Assembly: GCF_006345805.1 (NCBI RefSeq)
Contig: NC_043012.1
Coordinates: 41,416,001 to 41,480,000, forward strand
DNA: 64,000 nucleotides
Direction: 5' to 3'
From: Octopus sinensis
Lineage: Eukaryota
Positions 11,890 through 25,415 of the stretch are shown piece after piece. The notes under the pieces are model-generated. The model had not been told where the DNA came from, made no database searches, and saw only the letters and a program-made list of their open reading frames with translations. Numbering within the stretch: the first letter of the stretch is position 1; the number at the start of each line of letters is the position of its first letter. The position numbers and the translations under genes were made by a program.

Positions 11890-12200
11890 TAATAAGACGT
11901 TAAAGCAGGAAGTGTCCATTATACTTTATGTAACCGTGAATTCCCTCCAGCTAAACATTGCTCTTTCCATATTCTGTATGTTATTTGCCAACTGGGTAAA
12001 CAAGGCAGGTAGATTTAAGTAGAAATACGGTAGATTATCATTTGTATCGTTTAGAGCGATATCTAATTTTAATGAACTGGTATTATTCTTGCAGTCAGTA
12101 CACGATATGTTCTTGCTCCATCTGTACGGCCATATGAAGCAATAAAGAAGAGAAATAACTCCAATAAAAATGTGCAAACTCAGATGTTTGGGAGATAATG
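11890..12200 (-). pseudogene. Decayed cadherin-repeat (protocadherin-like) coding segment
   Basis: ISCTD..LKLDIALNDTNDNLPYF; 12060-12028 matches the cadherin signature [LIV]-x-[LIV]-x-D-x-N-D-[NH]-x-P exactly. GVISL lies upstream, and downstream a GGNSR/VT*SI remnant of D-x-G-x-N...V-x-Y-S-I carries apparent indels and a stop at 11928-11926. Confidence 0.55.
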
Positions 12201-12346
12201 GTGTTGTAAATGACAATGTATTTTGTTTTTAAGAGCAAGTGGCGAAATAAGGTTCCGATCTTATTGGAGCACTTCAGAGATTCCTATTCTACTCAAGCGA
12301 CGCGGAATGCAAGTGCTCAGTGTATGCACAAACATAAAATACATCG

Positions 12347-12416
<70 letters not shown>

Positions 12417-13434
12417 CGTGTTTGTGTAAGTGTATGTGAATACAATCACATACACACTCCATGAATGTGAAGGAAATATGGGCACAGTATGACTACGACA
12501 AATAGATTAAAGAATATTTGAACTCAAAACCATATTCGAGAACCTTCTTACGCAGACCTGTGGTTAAAGATAATCGAAGTAGAACCATAATGTCTTTATT
12601 TCAGAACAATGTGATGCAAGATATGTCGTCTCATGGGCTGTTTCGTGTCTCTAATGTATTTAAACGTGTATTAAAAGGAAATATAACTCTTGTTCGGAAC
12701 ACTAAGCATGATTAAGAAGCAATCATTTTCTTTTTCCTGAGTTAAGTTTATTGACCAACGACATGTACATACCCTTGAGTGGCTCATAATTTGAATTTAG
12801 AAAACAAGATTATGACCGCAAACTGATGGTCGCCGACCTTTTGTTGGTCAATGAAGTTGAGGTGGGGGGAACATATTGCGTCGCTGGCGGCCGAGTAAAT
12901 ATGTTTTAGGTAGAATTCATTGACCGATGTTGACCACAACTCTACACATGCACACACAAACATGGGCATTTTTTAAAGGCAGACTAGCATGTACCCCCGA
13001 ATGAATTATCCCTTTATGATGTTTGTCCAAGAGAGAAGCCCCAACCACCATGGGCCGATATAGCTTGAATTCATCTACTTTAGGAACGTTGTCAGAATGC
13101 AAAATGCCAGAAAAAATACCAGAAGACATCTTACCCAATCCAACAACAATCTGCCGACCTCGGTGCATACTTTCCTTTTCATCGACCTCAAAATTATGGT
13201 GGTTAAAGTTTACTTCGATGGAACTTGAACTCAGAACACAAGAGTCAAAGTACATGCCATGATACGTTCTGATATGCTGGACCCTTACAGAAACCTACTG
13301 TTTAAAATCGGTTCTATAATATTTTTTAAAATTAAATATTAATAGTAATTCTATACAAGGCCTTCTTAAAATACTTCATGTAGTGCAGAGTGTAACTAAT
13401 TTATTGCACATAAATTTTAACAACAAAATCTTAT

Positions 13435-13496
13435 ATGGACCTTCAAGGGTAGCATTTATCCCCGACGGCCAGCTGGAACCCGATTGAAAACCACTG
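13435..13496. mobile_element. Possible hAT-type element end
   Basis: gattgaaaaccactg (13482-13496) is the reverse complement of cagtggttttcaatc, a hAT-like terminus. Partner TIR not found. Confidence 0.3.
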
Positions 13497-14157
13497 ATCT
13501 AAAGCATCCACAAATTCGCCGTCATCAATATAGATCGCGAGATGAGCAAAGTTCTCTTGTGATCACTCATTCATTTTGAAACTTTCTTTGTAAATCTTGA
13601 ATTGCTTTAGTAAAAACCTGTAAATTGCAGATTACCAGTTCTTTCTTTTCTCACTCACTCATCTCGGGATTTCGCGAGTGTGTATAGCAAACAATATGTA
13701 ACATTTCTTGTTGACAATCAGGATTGGATTCTTTCCTATTCTTCAATTTATTTAGTCAATCAAACCTGTTAATTTGATTTGGTTTTCAATTCGCTTCTTT
13801 CCGGTTTTCTTCTCTTCCAAAATAAAACAAAAGAAGAAGAAAAAAACGAAAGGAAAAAGAGCAGAAGAATGGTCATTCCGTGTTGAGGTCACTTAGAATG
13901 GACTGATCGTTCTCACAAACGCTTGATTAGTTCTTCATTACAAGAATGCCTGTTTTTGATTTCTGACAACATAAGAAGAATTGTTGAACAAAAGACGAGG
14001 TTTGTGTGCATGTATCGATGTGTGTGTGTGTATGTGCGAGTCTGTGCGTGTGTGCAGGGAGGGGTGCCGTGTGTGTGTGTGTGTGCCATTCTTGAAGTTG
14101 ATTTATTTCCTCCATACAACTTTGGTGAGCGATGTAAATGCAATTTTTGTAGCGTCT

Positions 14158-14208
<51 letters not shown>

Positions 14209-14217
14209 TATTATTAT

Positions 14218-14385
14218 TAGCACGTCGGTCGATATGCTTAGCGGTGTTTCGTTTGCCGCTACGCTCTGGGTTGAAATTCCGCCGAGGTCAGCTTTTACGC
14301 ACTGGGGTCGATATAGTGGACTAGCCCTCTTCATCCCCAAATTTCAAGGCTTTGTGCCTAAAGTGGAAATAATAATTATTATTAT
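14218..14385 (+). mobile_element. SINE family A (5'-truncated, internally deleted), tail type 2
   Basis: tagcacgtcggtcgatatgcttagcgg...gaaattccgccgaggtc...ttgtgcctaaagtggaaataataatt; follows (ATT)n. Confidence 0.8.
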
Positions 14386-15547
14386 TTGTTGTAAAGTGGA
14401 AATAATAATAATTATTATTTGTTGTAGCAGCACGCGTCTTCTCTTTTGCTCCCCTTTAAGTGCGAATTTCTATATTTCATGCTTAGTAAAACATCTTAGG
14501 TAACACTAATTTAGTTGTGACAAGAATTGAATCCTGCACCGAAAACTAATAAATCAATCGTCAATTAGCAAATAAAGGCATTGTCCGCTTTCGAACAGTG
14601 GCCGAGTCGATAATTAAGAGAAGTTAACGGTCGAAAGGTCGGTGGTTCGAGTCGCATGATGAACAACGAAAAAAAATATATAACATCTGAATTTTGTGGT
14701 TTAAATGTTCCAAGACTCGTATAAAACTCCAGAGGTTTAAAATACTTCCAAGTATGTTTCTAAAGTTAATTTTGTAGTGTGTCTAATTAATACAGATTAG
14801 AATCGCCATATGTATAATCACACCAAATCAGTGAATGTGTATCTACCTTTGTATAGCAGTGAGTGTAATTTTAAAGTACAGTAATTATAATATTGTTATA
14901 TTACAACTGCTTTTTGTTGTTTTGAGAGGGAAATGAGTGAATTCATCCATTCTACAGCTAGAAAGTATTCGATTTGTAAACAGCATTTCATTTGTGTTTT
15001 ATTGTTTAATTATAAGAGATACATGGAAAGTACATACAAATAAAAATTTATTACGTACAGGCTTCGAATGCCATTTAGACAAAACACAGGGTTAAAAATG
15101 ATACATGACGAGACTTTGAATACTCCCTCACAAAGAAAGCAGTTCGCAAAGAATGCGATCGAAATAAATACAAATAAACAACGGATTTTCCAAAGCAATA
15201 ATAAATGAGCCAACCCATAGTACAATACAAATACAAAATACACAAATATACCAAATATCAACTAATTTGATATATACATATGTATATTTAACGGAAGAAG
15301 GCATTTCTTTATATAAAAATTCTATGTATGTGCTTATATATATATATATAATATATATATATATATACATATATATCATGAATGAAAAATGTAGTGTAAA
15401 TACACAAACAAGCAAAAGCGTTATATATATATATATATAATATATATATATATATATAACGCACAAATATATTTGATATGCATATATAGGAATAAATTGA
15501 TATACCTATGCACACACACATACATATAATACAAATGTGTACGTATG

Positions 15548-15580
<33 letters not shown>

Positions 15581-15803
15581 TATATATATATTATATATAT
15601 ATATTGATAGACACAACCTATCGATGAACCTAATTGGAGTAGCCTCCAAGAATGCGCTGTATATGCAAATTAGGTAATCCAATTTATTTAAGCCCTGTGC
15701 AATATTTTGAAAAAGGGTTGCTAAGCAGTGTAGCCGTAGAGGGTAAAATAGTTCTACACACTCAATCAACACTCACACAAACACACACACACACATCTGT
15801 ATA

Positions 15804-15834
<31 letters not shown>

Positions 15835-15851
15835 TTATATACATACATACA

Positions 15852-15887
<36 letters not shown>

Positions 15888-16133
15888 CATATATATTGAT
15901 AGACAGATAGACAGTTAGATAGATATAATTCATACTGACTTACGCATCAGCGCATACACATTTATACGCGTATGTGTGTGTTAGTCAATGCGTGTCTATA
16001 TATTTGTGTATAAACAACTTTCATTTACTTTTAGCGTTAAACTAATACAATATTTGTTAGAACGTGTCCCCTCTGTATTTTTTGTTTTTGCTTTTGCTCA
16101 TTGCCTGCAGAATATATATATGCACATCACGCA

Positions 16134-16165
<32 letters not shown>

Positions 16166-16229
16166 TATGTATATATATTTGTATGTATATATATATATAT
16201 ATCTACACATGTTTATATATACGTGTATA

Positions 16230-16277
<48 letters not shown>

Positions 16278-16322
16278 GTTATATAATAATATATATATAT
16301 ATTCATATATATATATATATAC

Positions 16323-16404
<82 letters not shown>

Positions 16405-16741
16405 TGTAGTATGTATGTATGTATGCATGTATGTATATATGAATATATGTATGTATATACCATCCTACTGAAAAGTCTAAATTCAAATTACTACAATTTT
16501 ATTCGAAATCACTGCCTGATAAGTGCCTTGGAAGAATGACAACACCATTCTAAAAGTCAGGCATTCTTAGCCAATAAATGAAATTACAAATATTGAACTT
16601 CACGTGTTAAGTTCTATTTCTCAGTGCAATAAAGAACACAACATTACATATATTCAGCAACATGTGGATATATATATATATATATAATATATATATACAT
16701 ATATATATATAGATAATATATACATATATATATATATATAT

Positions 16742-16793
<52 letters not shown>

Positions 16794-17152
16794 TATATAT
16801 GTATATATATACATATATTATATACATATGTATGTATAGATGGTATATGTATAAGGTATGAATATATATTAGATTGAAAGTCAAAATACTTATACACCTA
16901 TAGGAGATTGTAAAGATGTATGTAATAAAAATATATAGAGGAAATTATAAATAGTTACAACGCTGTATAAACTGGTGCCGCTTCAATGTCGATAGTGGAC
17001 TTGTAACTGAAAGCTATAAGTTTCATTGAATCAATTTTACGATCGATAAATACAGAAATACTATTTGCGTCAGGTGGTGGATTCTAATTTCATTTCTTAC
17101 CGACACACACGTACACGCAAACGTAGACGCTATACGGGGCTGCCTGTGTCAT

Positions 17153-17229
<77 letters not shown>

Positions 17230-17686
17230 TACATATGTACACACACACACACACATATATATATATATGTGAACGTATATATATACATACTGCCTAAAGA
17301 GAGAGATGTACGAGTGAGTGAATGAATGGATGTGTTCCTATGTTTATAATTATTTTCATATTAAAATGTCGCCTGTTGCAAGATTAGTACCGTTTCCTAC
17401 TTTTCAGAATTCACCCAGTCTCTCTTTCTCACACACATACATATATATAAATACAGATATACAAATATAGAGACTCATATACAGATACATATATATAGTC
17501 ACACATTCATCATATATATATATATATATATAAATATATAGTTGTATACTTAAGCATATATATCTGTATCTGTTTATCTAATGTCTATCTACTTATCTTT
17601 GCATTTGAATCTTTCTACCCATCGCTTTCTTTCTTTCCGTCTCTCTCGCTCTATGTGTTTGTGTATATATATATATATACACACAA

Positions 17687-17718
<32 letters not shown>

Positions 17719-17734
17719 TATATATATATACACA

Positions 17735-17776
<42 letters not shown>

Positions 17777-18407
17777 AACATACAGAGAAAGAGAGAGGAG
17801 AGAGAGAGAGAAACAGACAGACAGACAGCCAGAGACTGAGAGAAAAGTGAGGGTATGCACAGAGAGATATAGATAGGCTAATATATGTTTGTATCTCCGT
17901 GTGCGTGCGTGCATGCGTTTTTCACCGAATGCACATTGCAATCTCCTGTACATGTGAATACGTATACGCAGCAACGTACGTAATTGCATGCTTGGCCTGC
18001 CCTTTATGAAAAGAACAAAATCTACGTAACCTTTTGTATATTTATTCATTAATAAATTCTCCTATAATAGTCGTTACTGCTTACTTTAATGTTGTTGGCA
18101 CAGCAAAAGAAAACACCATAAACGTGCGACCTATCACTGAACACGAATTATTTTTGTTTTGGGTGTTTGTTGCAAATTTTCTTTTTTCTTTCAACTGATT
18201 TTTCTGACATTGTTCTTGTATCAATAACTTGCCAATTCCTCTTTTATCTTCATGTTTCCATTGGCGATGTTGTTTGTGTTGTTTTAACTGAGTTTTCTGT
18301 GATAAAGGCAATTAGCGTTATGTATTAACCATAAGAAGAAATATATACGTACGAAGATGTTCTTCAACGTCATTGCGTATGTTTATATATATATACATAT
18401 ATATATA

Positions 18408-18540
18408 GGAAGAGTTTACGAAAAAAAAACAAAAGACGAAGACAGGTGGTGTACAAAACAAACAGATGCATTAGTATAACGCTCAGGAATAGAAAAAGTC
18501 TTTTACGTTTCGAGCCTACGCTCTTCTACAGAAAAGAGGT
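18408..18540 (-). mobile_element. Penelope-like element terminal fragment, second copy
   Basis: Homologous to 4065-4200 (caaaagacgaagrcaggtgg...gctcagga...acgtttcgagcctacgctctt); ends in (TA)n. Confidence 0.6.
18499..18537 (-). ncRNA. Minimal hammerhead-ribozyme-like motif, second copy
   Basis: ucuuuu CUGUAGA A gagc-guag-gcuc GAAA CG U A aaaga; differs from copy 1 only at N7, H17 and one stem-I U. Confidence 0.55.
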
Positions 18541-18959
18541 ACAAACATTGAAACGCAACTGCAGTTAGTAAAAATAACAGTCTGTAAATTCAATATGGAC
18601 GATTTAAATCTGCTTTTTAATCTAATAAATAAATTTTAGTTCTATGTCTGAAGAAGAAGAAGAAGAAGAAGAAGAAGAAGAAGAAGAAGAAGAAGGCAAG
18701 TAGCTGGCTACTGTTTGCGGCTATATTAAAGTTGACCTTGGTGGAGTTCGAATTTAAACAACAAAAATGGCTACTCCGTGTCACAAGGCATTTTGTTCGA
18801 TATTTTTAAAGATTTTGTCGGACTTTCATGCCTTAAGCTATTTACCAACCCGACCATCCTACCGAAGACCGAACCACTTAGTCGTACTTGTACATACATC
18901 TGGGAATACAAGATGTTACGATAATACTTCCGTCTGGAAGATTATTTGATTGAGGGAGA

Positions 18960-19800
18960 AAAATTGCTTGTTTCTTCAAATCTGTTATAATACAATACTG
19001 AGTGTAAGAGTGTCATTCATATTAATCGACCTTACAATACTATGATGTGTACGATTATCACTGAGGAAATATGAGTACGAGACAGCGAGCACATCTGATA
19101 CAGACCAGTTGTGGGATGAATATTTCAGTTGTGCGGTTGCGTGATTAAGAAACTCACTCAGCAATACTTTGCAGCCGATTCAATCCTATTGTGTGTCACC
19201 TTGCGAAAATGTTCCCTACCACAGCTTTGTTTTGCTGAGAGTTTTATGAAAGGAAATTCTTTGTGCCATAATGTATGTGTAGTCATAGGAATAAGAATGC
19301 TTCTCTTCATTACTAGTAGGCTAAATCTATTCCCCGGGCTAACGGCATCTCCTGAATTTGGGTTCTTTAACTTGTTCATTCAGTTGCAAGAAGAGTCATG
19401 GCTCAATAATATATTCATCCATTCGCTAACCAGCTCCGTAGACCCTGAGATATGTCATGGAATTTATTCTTCTTTCTTTGACTAAACCTTTAAAGAAAAA
19501 TTAGTCCCCGAAAGATGGTGTACGAAACGACTGCAGCGAATAAATGGAAGACAACTTGTCTGCAGCTGAACTTGTACATTACACTCAATATGTAGAGGGA
19601 TCCACGAGTCAATCGTCCTTCTGCATAAGTCTCCAGGGCTCAGCGTATAACGTATGTGGACGCGCAGCTCAACGGTTCACGTAGTTGTGAACAGTTTGTG
19701 GACGGCAAATGCTCATATGATTCAATGACTTACATGTCAAGCTCAAATCTTTCATATAAGGTTGTTTAACGTAGAAGATATAATCCCATGTAGATAATTA
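18960..19800 (-). mobile_element. Highly degraded Tc1/mariner-like transposase relic
   Basis: Scattered motifs across frames in the expected order (PQTVHNYVNR; VVGN-IF; SAAKYC; GRLI); many stops and frameshifts. Confidence 0.3.
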
Positions 19801-20689
19801 CGTTAAAGACAAAAAATTGAGCGAATATGGTGTTGCGGCTTTCATTCATTTTACTTGAGAAAAGTTGGGATTTTTCATTGATGGCTATTGATTAAAACCC
19901 GGGATCGAAATCACGGATTCAGGTTCGTTTGACAGATTTGACCACTCACGATGGCAGACAGCATACCTCTCATTCGCATCTCTTCTTTGAGATTCTTACA
20001 TTCAACAACTATAAATGTGTCCCTCTGGGAAATATTATCAGACGCTTTTATCTCGAAATCATTCACAAGTGATTCCAATGTCCAAGTCTTTTGGTATCTC
20101 GGTGACACGACGCGACGACTGATAATTAAAGAACGGACAAGCGAATAAATGAATAAAAACTGTTTATAGGAATGAATGTGTGTATGAATGGACAAATAGA
20201 TGGATGTAATAGGATGGGATGGTTGAGTGAGCTTTAAGAGCTACTACGACAACATTTTCCAAACATGTATACAAACGAATACTTGTTTGTATTCATTCGA
20301 ACTATTCATTCACCAAACTGTCTGCTATTTGATCTCCTACTTAAGTGTCATTTAAAACCATTTCTTATTGGCACCACAGAGATAAGATTTATTTGATATC
20401 TTGAATAAATTCAAGTCGGTTGTGATCCTGTTCCAGTGATTTCAATAGAGTATCAATTGAAAACTTGAATTCATACATGAGCGAATGGGAATCATTTACC
20501 AAATTTTAAAGATATCTATAATGTTTGTTTCTACAAATAAATAAATAAAACAATAACAACAAATAACTTAATAAAACGAAAGAAACCATAAAAACAGTAT
20601 ATTTACATTTAGTCACAAATATTTGGTTTCAAATTGAAGAAGGAATTATAAAACATACAGGAATATTTAATATAATACGTTCAATTATT

Positions 20690-21060
20690 TCGTCTGACTT
20701 TACGTTTTGATTTCAAATTCCGCCGAGGCTGGCTTTACCTTTCGCGGTAGATGAATTAAGTACCAGTTGCGTACTGGGGTAGATCTAATCGACTGGTCCC
20801 CAATCCCAAAACTTCGGGCCTTGTACCTAGAATTGAAAAGAATATTCTAAGGCGGCAAAATACGTAGCCGTATTTCGTCTGTCTTTACGTTCTGAGTTCA
20901 ATTTCCGCCGAGGTCAACTTTGCCTTTCATCCTATCGAGAAGGGAGGTCGAAAAATTAAGTACCAGTTGCGTACTGGGGTCGATCTAATCGACTGCCCCC
21001 CCCCCCAAAAAAAAAAACAAATAAAATTTTTCGGACTTTATGCCTAGTGTAGAAAAGAAT
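20690..21060 (+). mobile_element. Two tandem SINE family A copies
   Basis: Two successive aaattccgccgagg...aagtaccagttgcgtactgggg...gaaaagaatat units (about 20690-20848 and 20850-21060). Confidence 0.85.
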
Positions 21061-21544
21061 ATAATAGGTTTGATTGTAAGAACCGTTTGAGCATCGGTCA
21101 AAATTAGCCGGAGAATTTGGAAGATTCAACAGAGTGTTACAGAAAATGGGCGGAAATTGGAAAAATAGAAAATCGGAGAAATGGGCGGAGAAGCGATAGA
21201 ATAGATAGAGGGTTGGGCAGATTATGCTGCACCGAACGATTCGATAGAGCATCGAAGAAAGTGATCAGTGGTTCGTCGGAATTACTAGATCGATCCACGA
21301 AGTATTTTGCTGTATTTAGTTACATTAGGGGTTTTGAGTTCAAATATCAATGAGTTCGGCTTTGTTAATTTCCACTTTTACCATTCTGGATTCTGAATGT
21401 GTTTCAGGAAAATAAAGAAAAATACTCTGTTGTATTTAGTAACTGATATAATCCAGTACCTCCTACATGAATCACGAGGTCAGATACCATTATTTAGCAC
21501 AACATGTAAGGGTATTAAGCTTGAATTCATTCCTTCTCGTTCAT

Positions 21545-21850
21545 ACATCCTTTCGTGAACATCGCGAAGCGATGAGTACTTTCCTAAACGTCATTTGTAG
21601 TTATGTGGCCCCTGATGACTATGAAGTCCGAATCTGGAGAGACAGATACGTCCGCAGTCTCGCTGTTGTTGACCTCCAGGTTACTACACGTACCGCCGGG
21701 CACGGCGTGCCACTTTACTCAGCAGTAGATCTTGGGGTTTGGTGGCGCCAGTCTTGAATGCGTCGCGCCACCTAGTGCGATCTGCTGCCATTGATTCGAG
21801 ACTTCGTTGCCCTCTGGAATTGGTGTCTTGAAATCATAGGGTGGGAGTGC
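21545..21850 (-). mobile_element. RTE-clade LINE 3' end
   Basis: LESMAADRTRWRDAFKTG...DCGRICLSRFGLHSHQGPH, the RTE C-terminus with a C2H2-like finger remnant; two internal stops. Confidence 0.75.
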
Positions 21851-21984
21851 CACGAGTGGAGTGTCGATTAATTATCAGTTGTTGGTGTTTATCTAGTTAT
21901 TGTTATTGTCGGATGATGTCCAGTCTCACACTTTTAGTCAACCAAGACACACATACACACACACACGCATACATGCACACACAC

Positions 21985-22025
<41 letters not shown>

Positions 22026-22391
22026 CACAGTCAATATATGTAAACAAGCATATCTGCTAACTACACCATATAAGAACACGTACATACCTACAATATATAA
22101 ACACTCGTATATACCCATATACAAACAGGAATATATACACACGGAGCATAGAGTAATACAGAATTGTTAAAAAGCCGAACAACATACGGATATTCTCTTT
22201 GTAAATTATTCTTTTTATGTAAGTCGTAAGAACACCTAACGTTTAACATGGATAACTATTCATTTCGAGGTCACTACTTGCATTTAAGAGAATATGGAAG
22301 AGAGAAAAAACAACGAAAACAAGTTGAATAAATCGATAACAACAGTGATTGCTATCACAAAATGTTCTAGCACACATACGCAGAAATTTAG

Positions 22392-22425
<34 letters not shown>

Positions 22426-22526
22426 TTGATATACTGTTGCTTATATACATATACGTATTTGAATGCACACACGCGCGCACAGAAACACACACAAAAAACA
22501 CACATACACTCACCTCACACACATAG

Positions 22527-23684
22527 AGAGGGTGAGTAAAGTATTCGAGGATATACCTTCTTTAGGTCATTGCTGCATTTTTGTTAACTCTGTATAATCT
22601 TTGTTTCAGAAAATAATAATGGAAGACTCTCAGCTTACTCAAGAAATGAAGAGACATGCTGCTTTTGCGGTTATAAACGCTGAGCATAGTGATTTAGAAA
22701 TATCTTGAGTTTGAAAAGTTGCCAGATCTTTCGTCTACAAAGTTTGTAAGGAGCTAGAGACGGAAGATGGAAACATATCACCAGTAACAATGCATAAACA
22801 GTATTCTCAATGCTCTGAAATCATCTGAACACTTGAATTTATCCAGCAAGTTCAACAGGCCATTGATTGCAACGCCTGAAAGTCCATGAGGTCAATTGTA
22901 AAAGATCTCCATGTGTCAGAAGGAACAGTCAGAAATGTTGTCCACGAAGACATCAGATATAAGTCTTATATGATAAGGAAAGGTGAATTTGTTAGAAAAA
23001 GCAAAAGAACATTATTACAATAGATCTGAAATGTTCTTAAAGAAACTGAAAAATCCAGCAGAAGACGATATGATTAAAAAAGTTTCCTGCAACTGTCATC
23101 GTTTTAGGGGTTGTCAGCAATGAAGGATATGTGATGCCTCCATACTTCTTTCAACATGGCCTTAGAGTTAACTCTGCCGGCTACACTGAGGCCCTGGAAA
23201 TAATTGTTAAGCCCTGGATAGACAGTGTATGCAATGGAAGGTCATATATGTTTCAGTAAGATTCTGCACTATCACACATGGCTCTAGTAACACAAAAATG
23301 GATGGCTGAAGATTCTCATTATCACGTAACCCCTAACATTTGGCCTCTTAATTCCCCAGATCTCAATCCATTGGACTTCTACATGTGGAGCGTTGCTGAG
23401 AGGTCAATGAACACGCCCATAACACCAAAGATTCTTTGAAAGCTGCCATAGTCACAGCAATGTCCAAAATGAACCAGAACCATTTGATTCGAGCATGTAG
23501 ATGATTTAGATCTCATGTAGAAACAGTTGTTGAAGCTGAAGGTGGCTTTATTGAATAACATTATAGAAATGAAGGTTTATTTTTATACCCAAAACATGTT
23601 TTGATAAATAAGTTATTATTTGTTATTATATATATGTTTTTTTTATAAACACAAATCTGTCCTCAAATATCTTACGCACACTGT
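22527..23684 (+). mobile_element. maT/mori-type (D37D) Tc1/mariner transposon, internally deleted
   Basis: Degenerate TIRs (agggtgagtaaagtattcgagga versus the reverse complement of tcctcaaatatcttacgcacact, 18/23 matches). Transposase remnant 22619-23558: SMRSIVKDLHVSEGTVRNVVHEDIRYKSY; D-SALSH...WPLNSPDLNPL-D with 37 residues between the Asp residues; EAEGGFIE*. Confidence 0.9.
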
Positions 23685-24419
23685 GCTTATCCTACTTCCA
23701 AAATTGATAATAATGTAACGTATCTGCTTTTTTTACTGTGTTAGATTTAATCGATGAGTTCCTTTCTAAAAATTATCTCCGAGTCTATGCTTGAGCACTG
23801 GTTTTTCGCGCATAATTAACCACGGCGACTTGGTTACTTAATTTATAGACATTAGAATGACAAGAGTCTAGGTGAATCTGAGTACAGGACATAAAGCTTT
23901 GTGACCAGACACCCCAAACTATTTCATCCGTGGCTCTACCTGTCAATCACTCAACACCCTCTTTCTATGATTATATGCCTATAACGTTTATATTAAACAT
24001 ATTGATCTTCATAGATTTATCTCTAGATCAATCTATGTGCACATTAGATAAATATTATCATTGAGGTTATTCAGCCGTTGAGAAGCATTTGAAGTGGTGT
24101 TTACATAAGGTCGTCTATATTCTGCTGTCAAATCGACCCAAGTTCGATCTAACCTTTCATCATTCTGTCAACAACTTGGGGTCGATATAATCGAACTCTA
24201 GGTTATTGCTAGGATATCTTCGATCAATTATATCCTCCTCTGCAATCTGACTTGACATTATTTTCATCCTTATTCAGGCGACGTGATAGCTGAATCGTTG
24301 GCGCGCCGGGCGAAGTGCTTAGCGGCATTTCGTTTATCACGTATGTGTACTGATTGTACTTATCACGCCTTTGCTGTGCCAAAGGAGCATGCTGTATCCG
24401 CCATTATACATTCACGAAA

Positions 24420-24665
24420 TATTTCATGAAAGATAACGATGTCGAGATGAGAGTGTTCAATATCCTTATCTGTCTGCAATTAACAATCTCGCAGAATCAT
24501 AATAGTTTCATTCTCCATCACCTTCGTGGCCTTCTGGCCAAACCACTTTTCGGAAGAAAGTTGTACTTCTTGCAAATTCTGCATATGCACGACATTCGTA
24601 CTCCTATCATGTCTCCAGTTCTCATACTCTTTCTATGCTATTTTGGGGCATTCTGAAACTGTGTG
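24420..24665 (-). mobile_element. R4/Dong-clade LINE fragment
   Basis: HTVSECPKIA*KEYENWRHDR...ICKKY...VMENETIMIL...QTDKDIEHSHLDIVI across frameshifts. Confidence 0.75.
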
Positions 24666-24695
24666 CAATCCTTTTATTTTTCTATAAAAATAATG

Positions 24696-24772
<77 letters not shown>

Positions 24773-24773
<1 letters not shown>

Positions 24774-25237
24774 CCACTTCATTGATATAACTGTCCTAAT
24801 CGATATAAATGTATCTGTCAAGGCCTACCAAAAACTGAGCAAGTATAAAGATCTTAAAATAGAAAATAGCAAAATGTGGAACCTCAAGATTAAAACAATA
24901 CCTGTTGTCATAGGTGCCTTATGAATGATAGCGAAAGGGACAGATTGCTACCTAAATCAGATACAGGAAATCCCCAAATGGCAGAAATTCAAAATATAGT
25001 GTGCATGAGAACTGCCCATATCCTACGTAACGTATTGTGTGTGTAATCTGAAATTTAAAAAAAACTCATAATGTTCTTATTTTTTCTTAAACATTATCTC
25101 GAACATTACATTGGGCAAAACCAAATATATGACACCCTTGGCATAACACCAACAGGAACTTCTAACTTGTTGTCTCTTGAGGTCTATAGGGTAAGAGTTG
25201 GAGCCAGCTTGTACAAATACAAAGCAAAAGCCAAACG
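24773..25237 (+). mobile_element. R4/Dong-clade LINE 3' end between (TAA)n tracts
   Basis: CHFIDITV..DINVSVK.YQKLSKYKDLKIE.SKMWNLKIKTIPVVIGAL..TAHILRNVL*, then a 3' UTR ending gcaaaagccaaacg-(TAA)n; 5' side also (TAA)n. Confidence 0.9.
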
Positions 25238-25296
<59 letters not shown>

Positions 25297-25298
<2 letters not shown>

Positions 25299-25415
25299 TC
25301 AATAGTGTAACCATAAGAGCATCACAACAAACCACAGCACGTACCCAAGGCACACAGAGCTGCGCTCGTTAGTGAAGTGAACGCACACTATAAAAATAAA
25401 ACTACTGAATAATAT
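25297..25415 (+). mobile_element. Probable 3' end of another Dong-like subfamily
   Basis: cacagcacgtacccaaggcacacagagctgcgctcg...aaaataaaactactg followed by aataat; starts immediately after (TAA)n. Assigned from context only. Confidence 0.4.

Noticed and set aside
21612-21640. CTGATGA hammerhead core-like sequence
   Set aside because: No stem II closing onto GAAA; it lies antisense within an RTE fragment.
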